NCBI GenBank assembly: GCA_951406725.2
Contig: OX597819.1
Coordinates: 119,102,001-119,166,000 of the forward strand
Source: Octopus vulgaris
Lineage: Eukaryota
Length of the DNA: 64,000 bases
Reading direction: 5' to 3'
Shown here: positions 55,336 to 64,000 of the stretch, in pieces
Numbering within the stretch: the stretch's first letter is position 1
Layout of the letters: each line of letters opens with the position of its first letter
Translations under genes and position numbers: made by a program
Notes under the pieces: model-generated
Seen by the model: the letters and a program-made list of their open reading frames with translations, nothing else
Told to the model about the DNA's origin: nothing
Databases searched by the model: none

Positions 55336-57539
55336 ATATGTGTGTGTGTGTGTGCGTACTCGTATAATTTTTTACTCATTCCATCTGTTATCTCTCCAAA
55401 ATCCTTCCTGTAAAATAGGGTAGGCTTGATATGTCAAAGATATTTGTTTCCGTTTATCCTGAGTCTCAACCTAATATAACCTCACTGTTGTTCCCTAGCT
55501 TGTCTATGCCTTTCTTTTTGCTGTTGGAAAACTCTTGTTCAATACATTTATATGCATGCTCACTCGCATATAGATGTACGTATATCTATGTGTGTGTGTG
55601 TCCTTTTACGACGGGCTTCACAAGCTTGCACAAGCTGCCGCCGAAAAATACTGAACCCTAAAACGCATGGCAGCTAAGTGAAGTCCACGTAACTTATTTT
55701 CTAAATATCACAGATATATGTCTGAAGTAAAACAGTTAGTGAAACATTCAGAAATGTAAATTATGATTTACACTAATACTCATTTTCGCTTATGACTGAA
55801 TATTGTAGATTATCACACATAATAATGCAATGTGTTATGTACACCAACAGATTACTTGTATGGTCTGTGTTTCAATGCAGTAGGAAACGTTGACAATATA
55901 GACAGTGTTATTAGTGTCGATTTCTGTTCCCATGTAAAGAACATAGCACCTACATATAAACACTTAGGTTAATATAAACAGTATTGACTTGTCAATAAGC
56001 CGATTGTTCTCTGTGATTTGCTCACTGTCAAAATACGTATACAGCATACGTTTCCTTCTTTGGCGTGACTTCAATTATCACACTTACAAGTCTAGGGAAG
56101 AAAAGCACTTTCCAATATTCAGTCACTTATTCGCCAAATTATATATATGTCTTCTCTAACTTTGAATGAAATCAGAGGAGTTTTTCTCTCATGCGCTTCC
56201 AGTAATAGTAATTTATTGTTCAGGTCTAAATGTGATCTATACGGGTCATTCAGTATTCTCATATATCACATTCTTAGCATTAACACCTAATTCCGTTTAA
56301 GCGATATTTTCCTTTGCCACTTGTTGGACGTCTGATAATCAACATAAGAATACAAATGAGTCGTTTTACACCTAACTTCCATACAATTCAGCCAAGCATG
56401 AGAGTGTGAAACACCAATACACTCAATCAAATGCAGGCATTATAAATTAAAATAAGTAAAGAAAGGATAAATCATTTATGAATAGAATGATAAAAGAAGG
56501 CAACGGAAGCTTTATATATGTTTCATATAATTAGCAACTGTAATTTAATGGAATATTAATTGTATAATTATTTGAACTCATTTTCCTATGATTTCACAGA
56601 TTATCAACTAAACATATAATGTTGTAACTGTTATTCCACAACATTAATCATTCTAAAATTATTTACGATTTACTTGAAATATTTCTCTACCTGGTAATTA
56701 CGACACACACTTCGGAACACTTCTTACGCCAGACACTTAATATCATTAATCATTGATAAATTCAGATAACAATATAATTCATAGCAGTACATGTAACATT
56801 TCAAAAGTGATTTTATGAATGTATTTCACTATATTTTATATAACACTTAGCAAAACTTAAATGAGCGTTATTTAGTGTTCATAAATTGAACGTAGTTCAA
56901 AAACATTCAGATCATGTTCCGTTAGGTGTAGATTTAAAGCTCTGCAGAAATCGAATGCTTCTGAGGTGTTACTTTATTAATGTATCTTGTTCTCTCTGGT
57001 GTACCTAAAACATTGCTTTATTATCTGTCCATGATATACAGTGTTACATGAATTATATTTTTTGATGTTGCTATTATTTTATTAATTCTGGCATACCTCT
57101 GAGTTATTTAGGAATGATATAATTACAAGCAATAGTGAGAACATTTTCTGTAAAGTACTTTTATATGAAGGTATTTCGACCAAACGTAATTATCAATCAT
57201 TAGATGTAAGCAAACGTGAAATGTGAAACAATATGTGTTACTAAATCTCAAGTCGAGTAAGGAGAATTTGTATCTGTAATACCTGCCAAATATATGCAAG
57301 AAGACAAAATAATTATATAGAACTTAGTGACATTTTGTTTTATAAAATGAACAAGTTATCAAACAGAGAGAACAAAAAGGACACAAATGTTTAGCTAATA
57401 CAGTTCTTAATTTTGTTACTTCACGCTATCGTCATTACATATACCTACACATAAACGTACATACACATACAACATACATGTACAGAGTCACATACGCACA
57501 CATATGTAAATATATATATATATATATATACATTCATAA

Positions 57540-57851
57540 ATGAGGGTGCAAATTAGATATTAATTTAATAATACCATCAATTTAACACGAAATGGCTTAG
57601 TACATAAAAAAACAGGGAGACAATAGACTTATACTTAAATATAAGAGATTTACCACTAAGTGGTTAACTCTAGTGCTAATAATTGCTCCTTTTTCTGGTA
57701 TAGCCACCAAAAGTCGTTTCCAATAAGAAATAACATTACATTCAACGTAAGGAAGGTGAAATACAACGAAAAAATAGATTAACGCCGAACAATTGTTTCA
57801 TTATTAATATAATATGCAATTTTACTCACATGTTTATCTATAAATCATCAG

Positions 57852-57854
<3 letters not shown>
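57540..57854 (-). mobile_element. Short PLE-type insert between (TA)n tracts, beginning with an HHR
   Basis: HHR at 57785-57854; TA repeats on both sides. Confidence 0.55.
57785..57854 (-). ncRNA. Hammerhead ribozyme motif, intact core, weak helix I
   Basis: Minus strand tcg-CTGATGA-45 nt AU-rich stem-GAAAC-aatt-GTT-cgg; palindromic AACAAUUGUU. Confidence 0.6.
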
Positions 57855-57882
<28 letters not shown>

Positions 57883-60085
57883 CGTACATATGAATATATT
57901 CATGCAAGCACAAACACACGCATATATATGTAGGTACGTGTGTGTATATATGAATATGGTTATGCACTTGCCCATTCTTTCTGATTTACACTGAATCAGT
58001 CTTGTTAAATCTGTTGGCGCAACTATCAAATATTATCTAAACTACAGCAAAAATATTATCTAAGAGATATCAGTATGCTTTGAAATTTAGTTACTCTTCT
58101 ATCAAGATAGATTTTATGGACTTGAACAGTTATAACGGCATTTATTTATCGATTGCATCTTTTTCATGCTAAAAAAAAACTTTTAAGATATTTCATTAAA
58201 CATTGAAAACTTAATCAAGTTTCTCTATAAACATTACAATAAACGTTCACCAACAGAATATATATGTTTCATTTTTAAAAGTGAAATTTGAAACAAAACA
58301 TTTATAATGTCGATATGCGATGTTATTATGGTATATAAAGGAATCAATGACTTACGTTTTGTGAACAAAATATTTCTAATTACTTCTTGTACGTCTTTCC
58401 TACTTTCGAAGGCAACTGTTTTTTTTAAAATTTTTTTTTCTCATATGACAGTTTAATTTAATGAAATATTTTACTGCAGCCATTTATGAATTTCATACAG
58501 GTAACCAATAACTAAACACGCTCACAAGGCATTATTCTATGCAAAATGAAATATAAAAATGCGATATATGAACATTATTTTAAACATGAGCATTTAACGT
58601 ATATTCAATCAATATATTTCTTGTTTGCTTCGATGTAACTTATTTTTAAAAATGTATATTTTGGCAGAAAATGAGGTTGGCATCACTTAAGGACTTGCAA
58701 TAATGTTTGGAAGTTATATGATTTGAAATGTTAGCGTTCTTGTTTAAGATTTGTGATATGTATTAATGTGTACACTTTCACGCAACTTGCATTTAATGTA
58801 ATACGAAAGCATTGCGACATGAAGAAAGCATCGAAGAAAAAAAACGAAATAGGTAAAAGCATAAATATTGTAGAACGCCATTTATAACTTAATGCCTTTT
58901 AGAAAGTGCTTATTATGGATGTAATATTTTATAGAAAACAACTTATTTCATTTGAAGAGCAATTTACAAACATAAAATTCATTTTGATGCTGAAGTACAT
59001 TATGTTTGTTTCATTTTCTCTCCGCCCGCAAAATTATTCGATGCTAAAGAAAATTAAATCAACAGATAAAATAAATGTGGTTAAATATTTATTCGATTTG
59101 GTATAAATATAACTTAATTTTGAAAAAAAAAATATTACTTTATATAAAGAAAAGTTTCATATTAATTTACGAAACAAAATCTAACTTTACAAAATTACAA
59201 CTGAAGCCCACAAAAACGAAATTCAGTAATCTACTTCATTAATTCAGCATCCTTTGCAGAAATGATTTCCTTCAATTGAATTCCTGAGTATATGCGTAAA
59301 TCCTTAATATTTTTTTGTTGTAATATTAGTGGGTTTCAGAGTTATTATGCTACTGAATCTCATCAATATTTTTACTTATACCAAAACTTCAAATACCCCG
59401 ATCAAATTCTGTTTTGCTTTTAATGTTACAAGGACTCAAACTACAGTCTCGTAGAAATTCTAATTTTGTTTGTAAATGTCAATCTTCTCCATTTCGAATG
59501 AGCAAGTTCAGTACTTGCTACACATATAGACAGCACGGGGGAACATCTGCAGAACTACAGTGTATGAAAAATATATTAACTTAACTAGTCTCCCAACGTA
59601 GTTATATTTATGATGGCTCTAACATTGACGCAAGTTGCCGCCAAACATACAAATTTAATCCCGTTCTTTGTAAATTATAAATTTTTATTCTTGAATATAT
59701 AATATGAATGTTGATCACTATTATACCAGAGGCATAAACAAGACTACCAAGGGGCTTTAATCTCATCTATGGGTGTGAATAATTGGTGTGGTCCTCTACC
59801 TTTTTATACAGTACCATCACCTCTGATTTTTTTCCTTTATTTATAAATAATTTAAAAGATTTATTGTGAATAACAAATATCAAGTGTATAAACATACCAC
59901 TGTAACTATAATCCTTTTACTAGTAATTTCTTAAATGTCCAATTTAATACATTTCTTTATGTTCAAATGATATGAAATGTGAACATTTTCCTTTTATCTA
60001 CTCTGTGACACTTTCAAAATTCACCACTCCGAATTAGCAAGTAATTTTGCTTGAATATTTATATGTACCAGTCTCTCTCACTTTG

Positions 60086-60125
<40 letters not shown>

Positions 60126-60147
60126 ACTATGCGCGTGTGTGTATATC

Positions 60148-60208
<61 letters not shown>

Positions 60209-60492
60209 ATCTTTGTAAATGTGATAATTTGTTATTTTTCCCTCCATATCTGCGTAAATTATTTTTGAGTAAACACTATCTGGGAGACTTTTCTTATAGT
60301 AGAAGAAATAGCTAAAACAACTTTTTGGCTGATATTACTAAAAGTTTCAGTATGTGGTAAAGTAATTTATTTTACTGAGCCCTAATTTTATAACCTAATA
60401 TTTAAAATATACCTTGAATGGTCCTTTTACATACTGAACACTACTTGGTGAAATCAATTAATAATTAATTGATTTTACGCTTTTATTATTGA

Positions 60493-60532
<40 letters not shown>

Positions 60533-61337
60533 GATGTTCCTATTCAGCCTGCATGCATCAGATGGAGATCATGATTTCTCATAATATTCGGTGAGATAAA
60601 AAAGTTTAAATTTGATATTAAAGATTTGTGGTGTAAAACATGCATAGAATAGAATTTTCACAAAATTTGAAATATACCTAGTTTTTTTTTTTTGTATCCG
60701 TGTATAGTGCTACTTCATACCTTTCCTGGAATTTTTGGCCTCATATAACGTGTAAATTTTGATGCAACGCCAGCAGTTACTACGCGCAAATACTCAACTA
60801 ATAACAGTTTTTATTGAAACCGCAGCGATGAAGGGCAAAGCCGAGAATGGTCGAACTGGACCTGGAAGTTAATCAAAGACGAGATGCCGCTAGATTTGAA
60901 ATAGTACTTTATCGTCTCAAAAACGTCACCCAAACATAGATATTCAATTGATTCTTTTTTAATCTATACACTGGAGGGAGAGAGATAAGAAGAGAGAGGG
61001 AGAGAAAGAAAGAGATATGTAACGAGCTTTTGCTTCTTTCAGTTTTAGTTTCCTAAATACTCTCACAAGTCTTTGTGGCTATACTAATGACAATCGTCCA
61101 AAGTCCTACGTATGCCAATAGAGCTGAAAAGTATGCAAACTAGTTACGAACTAGTTACTGCCCTTCTCAGCATGACTGCTCCTATATGCATGTTCCTTAT
61201 AATTCTAGCTATATAGATCTGCCACCCAAAGACTGATACAGGAAAACATATTTTATTTTATTTTTCAATTTAATGTAAAGGTTAACGAATTCAATTTGTC
61301 TCCAAATAATCGTGTGTTACTGTAAAGTTCTCTACTG

Positions 61338-61745
61338 CCTTTACTCTTTTACTTGTTTCAGTCATTTGACTGCGGCCATGCTGGAGCACCGCCTTTAGTC
61401 GAGCAAATCGACCCCAGGACTTATTCTTTGTAAGCCCAGTACTTATTTTATCGGTCTTTTTTGGCAAACCGCTAAGTGACGGCGACGTAAACACACCAGC
61501 ATTGGTTGTCATGCAATGCTAGGGGGACAAACACAGACACACAAACACACACACATACATATATATATATACATATATACGACATGCTACTTTCAGTTTC
61601 CGTCTACCAAATCCACTCACAAGGCATTGGTCGGCCCGGGGCTATAGCAGAAGACACTTGCCCAAGATGCCACGCAGTGGGACTGAACCCGGAACCATGT
61701 GGTTGGTTAGCAAGCTACTTACCACACAGCCACTCCTGCGTCTAT
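61338..61745 (-). mobile_element. Full-length SINE family B
   Basis: Reverse complement of 49615-50021 at high identity. Confidence 0.9.
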
Positions 61746-62848
61746 TGAAAGAAATCGTTGTTTTGCTTTCTCCACTTGTTATCCATATCGAAACATCTCA
61801 TGAACCTTAATCTCATTGAATAAAATCTCATAAAACATCTAAGATAACTATATTGTTCATATCAGAACTACAATAACAACAAAACAAAATTTCATTCTCT
61901 TAGAAAGTGACAAGTTAACGCCAGCCAGAAGCGATCCCACAAATCAATGCCAACATGGTTACTTGCGCCAACTAAGCACTGATGCTAACAATATTTATGG
62001 TTTCAAATTCCGTCACGACTCTAGCAATTTCGGTCGAGGGACTACATACATCGAAGCCAGAAATCAAGTAGTACTAAATGTGCTGGCACAAATTAAACAT
62101 CGATTTTATTTCTCGTTCTTAAATTCGTCTGAAACTAGCTGTTCTCTAAGTTTGTGATTCTAAATATATATGTTCTGCAAACTTTATACACATCTGCATA
62201 TTATAGTTAATATTATGCTTTTAAAACATCATTTAAATATCATAATCTGCAAATTTACCCATATATATATATATATTTATCAAAAGTAAAACGTTTGATT
62301 AACCGAAATGAATAACATCTGGTATCCACAATTACTAACTGGAAATTAATACAAACTTAACGTACACTGACACCAACATATCTTCATATATTAGCGAATA
62401 TATGAGTATATAGAAGAGGCTTGTTCAATAAATTTCATTTGATACGCAAAATGGAATGCAAATAGCAATATTTACCATTGGCACTGATCATTTTACTTTA
62501 TCATCGTTTCTTCACTTAACTAACTCTACCGTGCTTGCTTATTATGGAATAAGATAAAATATAGTTCCCCAAGTCATTTCAAATTTCCAATATTGCAATA
62601 AAATCTCAAGTGCATTGGGAGGTTTGCATATTGTAGTTCTACTGGTGCTAATTTCTCATTTCAGTAAAACACATATGAGATACAATTAATATCATTGATA
62701 TATGAACAGTGGTTTTTCAATATATATAAGCCCATGTATGCATATATATATATATATATATACACATATTATATATATATATATATATTATATGCATATA
62801 TATATGTGTGTTTGTGTATATTTATATTATATATATGTATATACATAT

Positions 62849-62890
<42 letters not shown>

Positions 62891-62894
<4 letters not shown>

Positions 62895-63268
62895 AAAAAA
62901 GCAACAAGAATGGAGTAAAATCTCGGTACGATCGTTTCGTACGAGGACATCTTTAATAAGCTACAAAAAATGCAGTGACCTACAACCTCTTTTATATCTA
63001 CCCCTTTTGATGTTTGGGAATTCTCTGATATTTTTTCGGCTGACGAGCACGAGCCATCTGTATTCACTGCATTTTTTGTAGCTTATTAAAGATGTCCTCG
63101 TACGAAACGATCGTACCGAGATTTTAATCCATTCTTGTTGCTTTTTTCCTATTTATAATCACCCCACTTGTCGTATGGCTAACACCATATTGATATCCGG
63201 TGCATCCTAGTTAAGGACCTTATTCATGTGAATTCTTTAGAATTCACTAGAATCTCAATTACTTAACC

Positions 63269-63270
<2 letters not shown>
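62891..63270 (+). mobile_element. PLE-type end with 5' inverted partial copy, in (TA)n
   Basis: 62891-62978 is the near-exact reverse complement of 63064-63152. Confidence 0.8.
63036..63119 (+). ncRNA. Hammerhead ribozyme with extended helix II
   Basis: tcgg-CTGACGA-gcacgagccatct..agatgtcctcgtac-GAAAC-gatc-GTA-ccga: intact core, palindromic ACGAUCGU helix III, GUA triplet. Confidence 0.8.
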
Positions 63271-63360
<90 letters not shown>

Positions 63361-64000
63361 GTATATATATATAATATCTGTATATATATTATGTGTACAT
63401 CTATATTTATATATACATATGCGCATGAGCTTGTGTTTGTGTATATATATATATATAAATATATATATTGATACACACACACATATATATATATATGTAT
63501 ATGCAGATAAACACACACATACACACGCACTAAAGCACACATGTACACATGTATGTATATGATTGGAAATTGAAAGGTAGTATTTCAGTGAACATTGATA
63601 TTTATATACAGCCATATATACTTACTCACATATACACATATATACAGATATGCACACATATACATCCACGTACTATGCATACATGCAAATATACATCCGT
63701 ACATTAGTACATAGATATATATAAACATATATATTTATATATGTATATATATACACACATATATATAGATATGTGTGTGTGTATGTGTGTTGGTGTATAT
63801 ATGTGATAATATTTCTTATTGCACAAATTAATAAGTCACGAACAGCCTGAAGTTATAAAGTCAAACATACGTCATTTAGTTATTCATTAAAATATATTTA
63901 TATTAGAGAATATGAGAATATGATGAAAAACCTAAGTAACACTATTTAGAAGGAATAATATAATTAAAATATATAATAAAACCTATCACATTGAAAAAAG

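Overview
AT-rich, repeat-dominated eukaryotic (animal) DNA with no supportable host protein-coding exon. The SINE families and microsatellite load point to an octopus/coleoid cephalopod genome (inference). Nearly all listed ORFs are microsatellite or SINE read-throughs. Identifiable content: (i) three tRNA-headed SINE families in dozens of copies, some nested or arrayed; (ii) four decayed Tc1/mariner transposons, two of them full length with TIRs; (iii) three tandem 3' fragments of R4/Dong-type RLE LINEs; (iv) many Penelope-like element (PLE) remnants with RT and GIY-YIG traces; (v) a TIR element carrying telomere-like (CCCTAA)n; (vi) several long foldbacks and one 100-N gap. The most notable signal is a set of about 15 minimal type-I hammerhead ribozyme (HHR) motifs from several families, mostly in short inserts within (TA)n/(GATA)n tracts. 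These include a head-to-tail pair 431 nt apart (retrozyme-like), a near-perfect palindrome with one intact HHR on each strand, and recurrent non-canonical cores (CUGUNGA, UUGANGA). All folds and alignments were done by eye.
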